Of a stretch of 52,692 nucleotides of DNA, positions 1-12,014 are shown piece by piece. A program made the position numbers and the translations under genes. The stretch lies in NCBI GenBank assembly GCA_943704425.1, contig CALSCP010000986.1, positions 9,435 through 62,126 of the forward strand. Reading direction: 5' to 3'. The stretch's first letter is position 1, and each line of letters begins with the position of its first letter. The notes beneath the pieces are model-generated. The model had not been told where the DNA came from, did not search any database, and saw nothing but the letters and a program-made list of their open reading frames with translations. Source of the DNA: Ministeria vibrans ATCC 50519 (Eukaryota; Protista; Filasterea).

Positions 1-3000
1 GTTCTCGCACGGCGACGACGCACACTCGTCCACGTCTGTCGCGCACACGCTGTCGCTGTAGCCCGCAGCACAGGCACACGCAAACCCATTCACCGCGTCC
101 GTACAGGTAGCACCGTTCTCGCACGGCGACGACGCACACTCGTCCACGTCAGTCGAGCACGTTGCATCGGTAAATCCAGACGCACACGTACATACGAAGG
201 CGCCGATAGTCACCTCGGCGCAGGTGCCGCCGTTCTGGCACGGATTCGAAGCACACTCGGCAATATCGTCGGCGCACGACCCACCCGTGTAGCCTTGCGG
301 ACAGATGCACAGAAAGCCGTCCAGTACGTCGTCGCACGTCGCTCCATTCTCACACGGTGACGACCTACACTCGTCGGTAAGAGACGCACATTCCAAGCCA
401 AAGTAGCCACTGGCACAGGCACAACTGAATGCGCCTGCAAGGTCCTGGCACGTGCCACCGTTCTGACATGGCTGTGACGCACACTCGTTGTTGTCAGTCT
501 CACACTGTCCACCCATGTAGCCCATCAGACAAGTGCACGTAAACCCATTGATGCCGTCCACACATGTGGCACCATTTTGGCATGGCTGTGACGCACATTC
601 GTCAATGTTCGTTTCGCATTGGACATCAGCAAATCCCGCTACGCACGCACACGAAAACGACCCAATTGACTGGGTACACGTTGCACCATTGCTGCAGGGC
701 GACGACGCACATTCATCAATGTCCGTCTCGCACACCTCCCCGCTGAAGCCCATGAGGCACGTACAACTGAAATCGTTCACATTGTCCACGCAGGTAGCGC
801 CGTTGAGGCACGGTGTCGAGCCGCACTCATCAAAATTGTTGGCACACGTGGCTCCATTGAAACCCAATGCACAGCTACACGCAAAGTGCCCGTTGCCATT
901 GACACAGGTACCACCATTCGAACACGGCGACGACGTGCACTCGTCAATGTCATCCGCACACAGCGATCCGGTCAGACCCACCGCACACACGCAACTGAAG
1001 CTATTGATATCGTCCACACAGGTCGCCGTACTAATACAAGGCATGGAAGCGCACTCGTCAATGTCCGTGCCACAGTTTGCATCTGTGAATCCTGCCATGC
1101 ACAGGCACAGATAACCGCCACCGCTGGACATCTCCGAGCACGTCGCACCATTCTGACACGGCTGCGAGGCACACTCAACAATGTCAATGTCGCAAGCAGC
1201 GCCCGTAAAGCCCGCGGCACACACACACATGTACGCGTCAACCAAGTCGACGCATGTGGCGGTAGCGAGGCACGGAGTTGACTGACACTCGTCAATGTTC
1301 ACACCGCACCTCGCTCCCGTGAAACCGGCAACACACTGGCAAGTAAAAGTTGCAGCTCCATCCACACAAGTGGCACCATTCTCGCATGGTGACGAAGCGC
1401 ACTCATCAATCACCTGATCGCATGTGACACCTGTACGGTCGGTGGGGCATGCACACATAAACAACCCCATTGCATTCTGGCTGCATGTCGCACTGCCGAC
1501 ACACGGCGACGACTCGCACTCGTCCAGGTCTGACTCACACAGTATTCCAGACGTGCCGGTCATACAGGTGCATGTGTACCCATCCATTGCGTCCACACAT
1601 GTTGCCGCATTCTGACACGGCGACGACGCACACTCATCAATGTTGACTGAGCACGTAGCATCGATAAATCCCACCGGACAAGTGCACGAAAAGGCGTCGA
1701 TCTCATCGACACAAGTGGCGCCATTTTGGCAGGGCGACGATGCACACTCGTCGATGTTGACAGAACACGAGGGCGACGTGTATCCCGCCACACACGCGCA
1801 GGCGTAGCCATCGACTTGATTCATGCAGGAGCCACCATTGGCACACGGCGTGGACTCACATTCATCGATGTCTTGATCGCACAGCGAGCCGGTAAAGCCA
1901 GGCGAACAGTTGCACGTAAAACCGTCAATGCCATCAATACATGTTCCCGAGGCAGACGCACACGGCAACGATACGCACTCGTCAATGTTTTCAGCACACG
2001 TTGCACCTGAGAATCCCAGTGCACACACACAGGCAAACATGCCAGCGAGATTATCGCATGTGGCGCCGTTGGTGCATGGCGACGAGGCACACTCGTCCAT
2101 GTCGGTGGTGCAAAGGGTGTCCGTGAAGCCTTGAGCACAGACACACGAGTATCCATTGATGTTGTCGAGGCACGAGGCGCCATTGGCGCAGGGAAACGAC
2201 AGGCATTCGTTCACATCGATGTCACAGGTGATGCCGGTAAAGCCCGCGGAACACACGCACTCAAAGCTATTTACGCCATCAACACACGTGGAACCATTCT
2301 CGCATGGTGACGACGTACACTCGTCAACGTTGGTCTGACACTCGGTACCGGTAAAGCCAGCCACACACAAACAGCGAAAAGAGTCGGCCTCGTTGATGCA
2401 CAGCGCACCATTTCGACAAGGTGACGAGGCACATTCGTCGAAGTCCTCGTCACACTGGATGCCCGTCTTTCCCGATGGACACAGGCACGAGAAGGCATCA
2501 TCAGCGTTGGCACACGTGGCGCCAGTTACACACGGCGACGATGCACATTCGTCCAAATCCTGGCCGCAGTCTGGACCCGTCAGTCCCGACATACACATGC
2601 ACACGTAGCCCGTAGCCTGATCGTCGCACGTGCCCCCATTCAAGCAGGGACTCGAGAAGCACTCGTCCGTCTCCGATGCACACGTAGTGCCAAAGAAACC
2701 GGAAGCACACGTACAGGAGAATGCACTAAATGCATCCGTACACGTCGCGCCATTGAGGCACGGGTTCGAAAGGCACTCGTCGAGGTCTTCGTCGCACACG
2801 GGACCACTAAAACCTGCGGCGCACGTACAGCTAAATTCGTTGAGAGCATCCACGCAGGTGGCACCGTTCGCACACGGTGTCGAGGCACAGTCGTCGACGT
2901 TGACTTCACAAAGAGTGTCGGTGAATCCCGTGGCACAGGTGCACATAAAGAAATTTGCAGTGCCACTCGAATTGATACAAGTGGCGCCGTTCTGACAAGG

Positions 3001-6000
3001 CGACGATGCACACTCGTCAATGTCGTCAGTACAGGCAGCGCCGGTAAAGCCTGCGGCGCACACACACGAGAATGCATTGTCACCGTTCACGCAGGTGGCA
3101 GCAGCCGCGCACGGCGACGACGCACACTCGTCAATGTCCGAGTCGCACAGGATGCCCGTGGTTCCCGGGGCGCACGTGCACGAGAAGCCATCTGGATCAT
3201 TCTGACAGGTGGATCCGAGAGTACACGGTGATGAGAGGCACTCGTCAATGTCGCCCGCGCAAGTGGCGCCAGTAAAGCCCGAGAGGCACTGACACACAAA
3301 CTTGCCGGCGTCGTCGACGCAGGTGGCGCCGTTGGCGCAAGGCGACGAGGCGCACTCGTCGATGTTGTTGGCGCACGCGGGTCCATTGAAACCCGTGACA
3401 CACACGCACGAGAAGAGCATGGGACCGTTGAGACAGGAGCCACCGTTGTGGCATGGCGACGAGTCGCATTCGTTGGCATCGCCGTCGCACAGCGAGCCGC
3501 TAAAGCCCGCGGCGCAAGTGCACGAAAACCCATCGACGAGCTCGACACAAGTTCCGCCATTCAGACAGGGTGTCGACGCACATTCGGCAAAGTCTGCGCC
3601 ACAATCGGCCCCCGTGAACGCAGCGGTACAGGTGCACACAAAAGTGCCTACGGCATCCGAGCAGGTACCTCCGTTGAGGCATGGCGACGAGAGACACTCG
3701 TCCATCTCCGTTTCGCAATGGTTTCCAGTGAAGCCCTGATCGCACGAGCAGGTGAACGAGGCGTCAGTGTTCACACATGTGCCTTGCGCGTTGCACGGGT
3801 CTGTCAGGGTGTTGCACTCGTCAATGTCCGTGGCACACTGAGCACCCGTCCAGCCAGCGGGGCACGTGCACACAAACTTGCCGAGTGTGTCAATGCAAGT
3901 GGCACCATTGGCACAGGGCGACGAAACACACTCATTCATGTCCGTCTCGCATGCGGGTCCCGTGACACCCTGGCGACAAAGACATGAATATGACGATCCC
4001 TGGTTGAGGCAAGCGCCGTTGACACCACACGGCGAGCTGGTGCACTGATCGATAACCTCGTCGCAAAGCGAGCCGGTGTGGATGTCGGAGCAAGTACAAG
4101 TGAATCCCGGCGAGTTGAGGTCTTCGACGCAGGTACCGCTGTTCTGACAGGGTGACGAAGGGCACGTTTCAAGCGAAAACGAGCAGGTCTCGTCGGTGAA
4201 TGTGGAAGGACATTGACACGTGAAGAGGGTGTCGCCGTCAACACAGGTGCCGCCATTAAGACATGGGTTCGATTCGCAGTCGTCAATTTGCGTCTCGCAC
4301 AAGTCCCCAAAAAAATCCGAAGCGCAGTCGCAAGTAGTGCTACCGACAGTGTCCACGCAGGTGCCGCCGTTGAGACAAGGGGAGTTGGCGCACCCGTCGC
4401 TGTCGGCGTGCCACAGTTCGCGGCCGTCGACGCCATTGGTGGCGCTGAAGAGCACAGTCGAGTGGAAGAACACAATGCTGTCGGGCAACGAGTTGGCCGT
4501 GCCTGGGTTGATGTCGGAGACGAGTTTGAAGCCGGTCGCGGTAAAGTTTGAAACGAACAGCTCGAAGCCGGAGGCGACGGTGCGAGCGCGAAAGAAAAGC
4601 AGCTCGTCGGTGGAGACAAGACGGCCCGGATTGCTGCTGGACGAGCCAGGTTCGAGGTCCATAAAAAGGTGCGTGGTCGCCGTCGTGCCCTCGGTCACCC
4701 ACATTTCGGCGCCGTTCGTGGACTCAAACGCGGCAAAGTAGACTTTGTTGCCGTGCAAGTGAAACGCGTTGGGCGTCGACGATAAGAAACCCGGACGAAT
4801 GTCAAGTAGCTGCAACGTGGTCTCATTGGTGCCTTCGGACGCGTACAATTCGTCGCCTGTAAGCCCATCGCTGGCCCTGTAGACAACTTTGGTGTCGGAG
4901 ATGGCGGTGAGTTCGCGTGGAAGGCTTGATGTCGATCCAACGTTGGTGTCCTGCACGAGAAAGGTCGAGAGCGTCGCAATGTCGGTACGCCACAGCTCGA
5001 CGCCCGTCGCAGCCTCAAGGGCATGGAAAAAGACAAAGTTTGCAACAGGCATGCAGAAGAAGCCGCCCGGCGACGAGCTGGCGGAGCCCGGACGAATGTC
5101 CAACACAAGCTGAGTGCCCAAGGCGGTTCCGTCGCTTCGCCACAACTCGGCGCCCTCGTTGAGGGTGGTCGCCGAAAAGTACACGAAGGCGTTGCAAGTA
5201 GTCATGTCGGAGGGATTCGACGATGAGTTGGAAGGATTGATGTCCTTGACAAGCTCAATGGAGGTGCCATCGGAGCGAAACAGTTCGCGCCCCACGTCGT
5301 TGCGAAAGGCCGAAAAGTACACATGCGAGCCTAGCAAGGCAAGGTCCTCCGGTTTGGAACTCTTGCTGCCAACTTCAAGGTCGTCAACAAGAGTCGATGG
5401 GGCGCCATCCACAGAGATGTACTAAAAAAAATAGTTTGAATGAGTTTTCTTTCCTAACGACAAGGTGCGTATGCGCGTGCCGATGATGCTGCGGGCGNNN
5501 NNNNNNNTGTCGTTGTTGCGCCCGCACAGACCACAAATGGGGTTATTGTGCCCGCACAAACCACTGATGTCGGTGGCAGTTGCAGAGTGTTAAGAGAGTG
5601 GAAGATCGTCTGATGGGTTATTTTGTTGTGAGGTATAATGAAACATGAATAATTAATGTTGCGGAGGAGGTGACTGGGATGGGGAAGCGGGGAGGGCAGT
5701 GTACCAGCTCTGTCCCCGTGCTGGCTGCCGTTGCGGCAAAGAGGAGCGTTGAGCCGGTGAGCAGTGTCAAATAGTCCGGGTTGGACGAGGCAGCGCCCGC
5801 GTAGATGTCGGACACGATGGCGGTGCCGCCCCGGGTGCCGTCCGTCTTGTACAGCTCGCGCCCGGTCAGGCCGTTGGTGGCGACGTAGTAGACGAGCAGA
5901 GGAGTGACGATGAGCTTGTCGGGATCCGACCCGGACGCCCCTGCGTACAGGTCGACCACCTGCGTGGCGACCAGCGCAGGCAGCTCCGTGCCCGATGTAA

Positions 6001-6052
6001 CCGCCCACCCGAGGAGGCTTATTACAAAAAGGACGCGTGTTTTTGAGCCCAT
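1..6052 (-). CDS. Large secreted/cell-surface protein: signal peptide + ~9 ELWxxDGT-type beta-propeller repeats + ~38 or more tandem Ca-binding EGF repeats (3' end outside window)
   Basis: Exon 1 6052-5705 (MGSKTRVLFVISLLGWAVTSG..., RELYKTDGT). GT..AG intron 5704-5422. Exon 2 5421-1 appears open: TEL|YISVDG, RELFRSDGT, AELWRSDGT, VELWRTD, DELYASEGT, EMWVTEGT, RELWHAD, then from ~4400 the repeat DIDECxSxPCxNGxTCxDxxxxFxCxCxxGFTGxxC with a ~114-nt period. EGF count estimated from length. The exon-2 frame is absent from the ORF track. Confidence 0.9.
5498..5507. other. Assembly gap (10 N) inside intron 1 of the EGF gene
   Basis: Run of N. Confidence 0.99.
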
Positions 6053-6740
6053 CTAAATGAGGTGAGAAGAATTCAAAAAAAAAAAAAAAAAAAAAAGAAG
6101 AGAAACGATCGAAAGAGATTTGAAACACAGCGAAATTATAAGGGCGTTGAGAGTTGCTGGAACCCGGGTGCTGGGGGGCGGGGAGTCGGAGGAGTCGGTA
6201 GCAGGCCGTCGCGCGGGGCGCTGCAGAGCCGAAATGTACAGCAGAGCAAAATCAAAAGCGTACCGTAAAAATAGGAAAAAAAAAATTAGGACTGGCGACA
6301 GATTGCCACGACAACACGCAGTTCCAGTCTGCTTCACTCTCTGTCACTCACGGCGGTGGGTGAAGAAAGGACAAAGTCTGAAAAAAAGTTTTGAAGATAA
6401 GATAAGATTTAAACATTATGAGAACCATTTTGGTCAAAAGGGTTCACACGCAAGTTGTAAGAGACACGTAAGAGAAAGGGGCTGGGGAGTACTCGTTGAC
6501 TTGTGAACTTATTGGTGCTTCTTGGAACATGACGGTGGCAAGAGGACCAGTAAGTAGCCAGTTCAATTGAAATTTATCTTCTCTTCTCTTCACTCTTCAG
6601 TCAGTTCTCTCACTCTTCAGTCTTCCGTGATCAGTTCAGTCTTCACTGAGTCTTCACTCTTTAATCTCTTTTTCTCTTTCTTTTTCTCTCGTATCGGTGC
6701 CTTTGGTATAAACAGCGTCTGCCTTTTGCTTCAACCCAAA

Positions 6741-8497
6741 ATGCAACGGCACGCGTCTGTGACAGTACGATTTTGGCTGAGTGATTGTGTTGTGCGTTGG
6801 CTCAGTTTCATCCCTCCGACAGCTCGGCTCGAGTCTCCTCTTTGCTCCAGTAAACGAAATTAAGGCGGGCTCGCCCCATCTGAGCGCAGGATTTCGGGTA
6901 GGTGGCTGAAACGATCTTCTTACTCTTTTTTTGACGTGATTGTCACACTCTCTCACACTAAAACGAAACCTACGCGCTACTGAATAGGCACTGGTGCACG
7001 CAGGCTTTATCCAGCAAAGCGGTGCGGGATTGTACTCGTACTTGCCGATGGGACACACTGTCATGAACAAGCTGAGCCAGATAATCGATCGCGAGATGCA
7101 GTATGCGACGAAAGCACATTACTGAATGGTCTCGCGCCGTTTTGATTCGTCGTCTTCTTCTTCTTCTTCTTCTTCTTGTTAGACGCCTCAATGCCTCCCG
7201 CGTGACCCTTCCAACACTGATTTCGCGGAGTCTGATGGAAAAGACGTCGCGATGGGACAGGGTGGGCACGGAGTTGATGAAGCTGCGAGTGTCCAACCGC
7301 GACTACTGTCTGGCGCCCACACACGAAGAGGTGGCGACGGTGGTGGCTGCGGACGCATTGGTGTCGCCACGAAGTTTTCCGATTCGCATGTACCAGATTG
7401 AGAAGAAGTTTCGCGACGAGGCACGACCGCGCGACGGTCTGATGCGCAGTCGCGAATTTGTGATGAAGGACCTGTACACGTTTGATGCGACTGCGGCGGA
7501 GAGTCTCGCGACGTATCAGGACGTGTGTGGTGCCTACGAGCGTATTTTTGAGGCTATAAAACTGCCTTGGCGTAAGTGTCTTGCGGACACGGGTGTGATG
7601 GGGGGCGTGCAGAGCCACGAGTACCACGCCGAGTTGGCGCACGGCAATGCCAAGTCGGTGACGTGCAGTCACTGTCGTGCCTCTGTTGCTGCCGAACTGG
7701 CCAAGGTGCACATTGCACCCGCCGATCCGCTTGTTGTTGTACCAAATATGGCGGCGAACACGGAGACGATTGAGTTTGAACATGCACATGTGTCAGTGGA
7801 GGTTCCCAAGGGACGTACGGCAAGTATGGAAAAGGTGGCGGCTGTGCTGGCGCAGCCAACCGCGAATATGTCCCGAGAGCAACTGGTGGACCAGGCGCTG
7901 ACGAGCGGCAAGGTATGTGCGGGACGGCCGCTTGATCTGGTGGTGGCGGAGGGTGGAGATGTGTGTGGCTACTGCCAGGAGGGTTCGTACACGGCGACCA
8001 TGGGCGTTGAGGTTGCACATGCCTTCCAGCTGGGCACCAAGTACTCGGTGCCCCTTGACTGTCACCCGTTGCACCAGAAACAAAATCCTGCCGAAATGGG
8101 CTGCTTTGGCATTGGAGTGTCGCGTCTGATGCAAACACTGGCCGAGACGAGTTTGGACAAGTTTGGGCTGGTGTGGCGGGCGCGTGAGCTTGCGCCCTTT
8201 GATGTGGTGGTCGAGGCGGGTGCACACGCGAGCGAGGGTGCCGAGTTGGCGCACATGCTTTCCCAGCAACTTCCTGCCGACATGCGAGTGCTGCTGGAGG
8301 ATCGAACGTACATCAAGACGCGTCTGCTGATTGGCCATGCGGCGCAGTGTGGCATTCCGTTCCTTGTCAGACCCAAGAAGGATGGGCAAGTTGCCGTGCG
8401 CACACGGCAGTCGGGCGATCTGGGACCGTACGGCGACAGCGTCGTGGGTTCTCTCGCCGCGGCTGTTGAGTTGCTAGTTGAAGCAAGCAAAACGTAA
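6741..8497 (+). CDS. PARS2: Prolyl-tRNA synthetase, bacterial-type/mitochondrial
   Basis: Spliced 5' part ...ALVHAGFIQQSGAGLYSYLPMGHTVMNKLSQIIDREMQ. Motif 2 FRDEARPRDGLMRSREFVMKDLYTF, motif 3 MGCFGIGVSRL, C-terminal anticodon-binding domain. The start at 6741 and the first two introns are inferred. Confidence 0.9.
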
Positions 8498-8827
8498 ATA
8501 ACGTGTAAATTTTTTATCAGACTTTTCAGACTGCAGGGCTCTGTTTCTGTTCTCTTCCTCTTTTTCATTTTGTCTTCACGAAGGAGTAATTAATATTGCC
8601 GTAAATTGCAGCTTGAAATGCAAAGGTTGACCGCTGACGGTCTGCTTTATGTGTTTTTTGTAGAGTTTTGCGAGTGGGTTGGGAGTAATAACTAATAAGC
8701 TGATCTTGAAATTAAAATTATTACAACAATGAACAAAATAATTCTTCTTCAGCCGTGCGTTAACACCTTGCACGGTGTCTGTGTGTCTGTGTGTCTGTGT
8801 GCGTGTGTGGCGCGTGGAATCTGACGA

Positions 8828-9251
8828 ATGGGGGGCCTCCTTGGCTGCCTGCGCAAGCAGCCAAGCGACGAGAGCCGCCAGGACTTGCTCCGACAAGAAC
8901 ACGCCGCATCGCTGACCTATGGCTCTGGAAGCTCGCGTCGTAGCTCCAGCAGAAGAAAGCTATCGTCGACGAAGACTACGCCGACCGCAACTGCCGCGAT
9001 GCCCTCGTAAGCTGCAAATGCTGCTCCACTTTCGCATTTTGTGTTTCCGTGTGACTGACCTGTTGCGACGCATTTTGCCCTTCGCGTGAGGAGCAGGTGT
9101 TGTGAAATGCAGTGGTCGACATAATTCGTCCGAATCGCCCTGTCTACGTGCGCAAGAGTGCTCTTGCGTCAGGGTTGATGACACTTTCCTTTGCTTCCTG
9201 CGTTCCCTTTCCAATCCCTCTTTATTCTTACTCGCCTTGTTCTTTCTCCCT

Positions 9252-9296
<45 letters not shown>

Positions 9297-9429
9297 GCTC
9301 TCTCTCTCTCTCTCTCTTCTCTTTCAAACTCTCTCTCTCTTTCTATCTCTCTCTCTTTCAAACTCTCTCTCTTTCTAACTCTCTCTCGTTCACCTCTCTT
9401 CACACACACTCACACGTTTCTTTTTTTCT

Positions 9430-9468
<39 letters not shown>

Positions 9469-9548
9469 TCCCTCTTTCTTGTTTGATTAGATGGGAGGAC
9501 ATTGAGGCAGAGTCGATTTTCAAAAGAAGGCGAAAAGAAGATATGTAA
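8828..9548 (+). CDS. Small putative N-acylated protein of unknown function (exon structure unresolved)
   Basis: MGGLLGC start (myristoylation/palmitoylation-like), acidic-dileucine-like DESRQDLL, GTAAG donor at ~9007, candidate last exon after TTAG at ~9490. I could not join the exons unambiguously. Confidence 0.3.
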
Positions 9549-9572
9549 CTTCCAAAAATGTAAAACAAAACT

Positions 9573-9987
9573 TCATTCGATTGGCTGAAGGGTCACAAGG
9601 AAGGTGCCATGAGGAGCAACTGTAGCGGAGATGGAGTCGTGGACAGTGCCAATGTCGGAGCGAGTGAAGACATTGCGGGCAAAGGCGGACTTGAGACCAA
9701 CGAGTGAGAGAGACGCACGAATGGCAGTGCTCTCTACAATGTATAGATAACGTAGGTTCGTGAGTGAATAGAAAAGGGGAGTGAAAGAGATACCTTCTCC
9801 GGCATTGTACAAAGCAAGAGCCACGCGATTGCGGTCAAGAGGACGGCTCCAAATCTGACAGTGGGTTGCATTGGCACACGAGTGATCGTACGCAGTGCGT
9901 CCGCCGGCAAGACCCAGACGGTCCTGCGAGATGTTGAGCAGTTCGTTCTAATGGTGGGGTGAGTAGTGAGTGCGTGCGTTGGTGTGT

Positions 9988-10018
<31 letters not shown>

Positions 10019-11755
10019 GGTTGTACGTTGAGAAGGAGACTCTGCATTATCGCAGTCATGTTGCGAATGTCAGTTGCAACAAGGAGAGGAGCCTAAACAG
10101 AAAGAAACAGATAGACAGAGAGAAAGAGATAATATAGCAAATGAGAAAAGGTACAACTATGAATGCGCGTGTGAGCGTACAGCCATAATGGTCCACAGAG
10201 CAATCTCTGTCTGGTACTCAGTGTCAGTCTGTCCTGGGCAGTGTTCTCCGACTGGCCCTTCCTCACACAGAGAGAAAGCAGAAGAGTGTGTGAGCATCTC
10301 AGTCTATTTGATATCAAATAGCTCATTCTGGAATAGTATACCAAGTTTGACGCTACTGCATCCCTCTCCGCCCGTAAAGATAAAATCAGGATCCTAAAAG
10401 CAAGCAATCAATCGTCTCACTTGGTTTCTCTCTCACACACATACACACACACACTCACTCACTCTCTATCCCTTTTTTTTCTTTTTCTCTTTTCTATCTA
10501 TCACTTTGAGGCTCTCGTCCTCCTCTTTCTGATCTATCACATTGCTTCTTTCTCCCTCCCCCCTCCCTCTCTCTATCACTGTGCTTCTTTTTCCCCCTCT
10601 CTTCTTACATTCCATCCACCGGGACCCGCATACTTCCCGAGATTGGCCGATGCCTCAATGACACTGGCAGTGGACGCCCAGCTGTCGTGGTGATCTGCGC
10701 CCGTGCGCCACATGTTCATCCACTGCGCACAATATTAATTCAAAATACTCAGTGACACTGAGTGACTTTGTGAGTGTACCTTTCCAGCCCATTCCCACGG
10801 ATTATCCACTACAAACAACCGTAGAAAGTATTATTCACCACGCACTTATAAGCACCGTTGTTTCTCTCTTTCTTTGTCTCCTGACCACCCCACTCGCACG
10901 AGTTGAAAAGAATTGGTCGTCCAGTTGCATTGAGTGCGCGCGACATTTCCGGATAGACCTGACGCGGATCCAACTGCGTGCCGTTCTCCAGCTTTGTATT
11001 GCACCAGTCCATCTAAAACACAAAGTTGCAGAGAGATTAAACTAAGGGAGGGGGGGAAGCTCGTGCGACATAGAGAGGAACCTTGACAAAGTCGACGCCC
11101 CACTCCGCATAAGTGTTTGCGTCCTGCTCGTAGTGGCCGTACGAGCCGGGAATCTTGTAGGGCCGTGTACCAGAGGAGCATGTGTACAGACCAGAGTCCG
11201 TGTACAGCCCAAACCGCATTCCGCGCTCATGGATGTAGTCCGCAAGCGCTAATTTAATGCTCTGTTTCAGTGCAACGCACAACAGTTTGTGTGTGAGCAC
11301 CTTTCATGCCAGACGGAAAGCGCCGCTTGTCCTCGACAATGGTTCCTTCCGCATCCCGATGGTCCGCCCAGCAGTCGTCCAGATTCACATACTGATAGCC
11401 CAAGTCGCGCATTCCATTTTCGACCTAAAGCAAACCAAACTTTTCTTTTGTGTGTGTGTGTTTGTTCAGTTTCAAACCATAGCGTCGGCAATAGAGCGGA
11501 TTTCTTCCTCATTGCAGACATCCAACGCACACCTACAGCAACAAGACGCTAGAGCACATGGAAGCAGAGCCATCTCATTGCGTACTTTCCCTAAAACAAA
11601 CCCAAACAAGACACAAGTTCTATTTGTTACTACTGTGATCGTTTGCAAACCTGTGTGCACCATGTGTTCCATCCAAGGGGAGGCAGACGGGCCAGGCCGT
11701 TGTCTGAAGCGTATGCAACCGCAGAGAGGGTCAACAACAGTGCAGCAACTTTCAT
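9573..11755 (-). CDS. Secreted/lysosomal alpha-galactosidase / alpha-N-acetylgalactosaminidase (GH27)
   Basis: MKVAALLLTLSAVAYASDNGLARLPPLGWNTW, YVNLDDCW, FPSGMKALADYIH..GMRFGLY, WGVDFVK|MDWC (nucleophile Asp), WRTGADH, AGPGGWN|DPD, C-terminal beta domain VAPHG. About 10 introns. Confidence 0.93.
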
Positions 11756-12014
11756 AACAGAAATTTTAAAAATTGTGAAAATGTGAAATTGATTGAGATC
11801 GATGATCGCGAATGAAAATAATGATCATAAAGCATTAGGCAAAAATTATAACAATTAACAGATTACCACTTTAACACTTAACAGTAGTGTTTCACAGTAA
11901 ATTTCACAGTTACAGTACTTTTACTATTTACTCAAATAACTCAATGGTCTTTGGTCAATATTAATCCTTTAAAAATATGACTTTAATTCATTATTAATTT
12001 TCTTTATTACCAGA

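Noticed and set aside
1-4400. Calling the EGF gene Notch
   Set aside because: No LNR, TM or ankyrin region is visible, and the N-terminal propeller is not a Notch feature.
149-5425. Many plus-strand and off-frame ORFs with repeated HSS/QVAP motifs
   Set aside because: They are antisense or frame shadows of the minus-strand EGF/ELWxxDGT exon.
5508-5580. Imperfect duplicated GCCCGCACA(G/A)ACCAC next to the N gap
   Set aside because: Only two copies beside a gap, and exons 1 and 2 already join in frame without it.
9102-9490. ORFs rich in HTHT/SLSL (also at 21745-22294, 36730-37023 and 42386-43125)
   Set aside because: They are translations of microsatellites.
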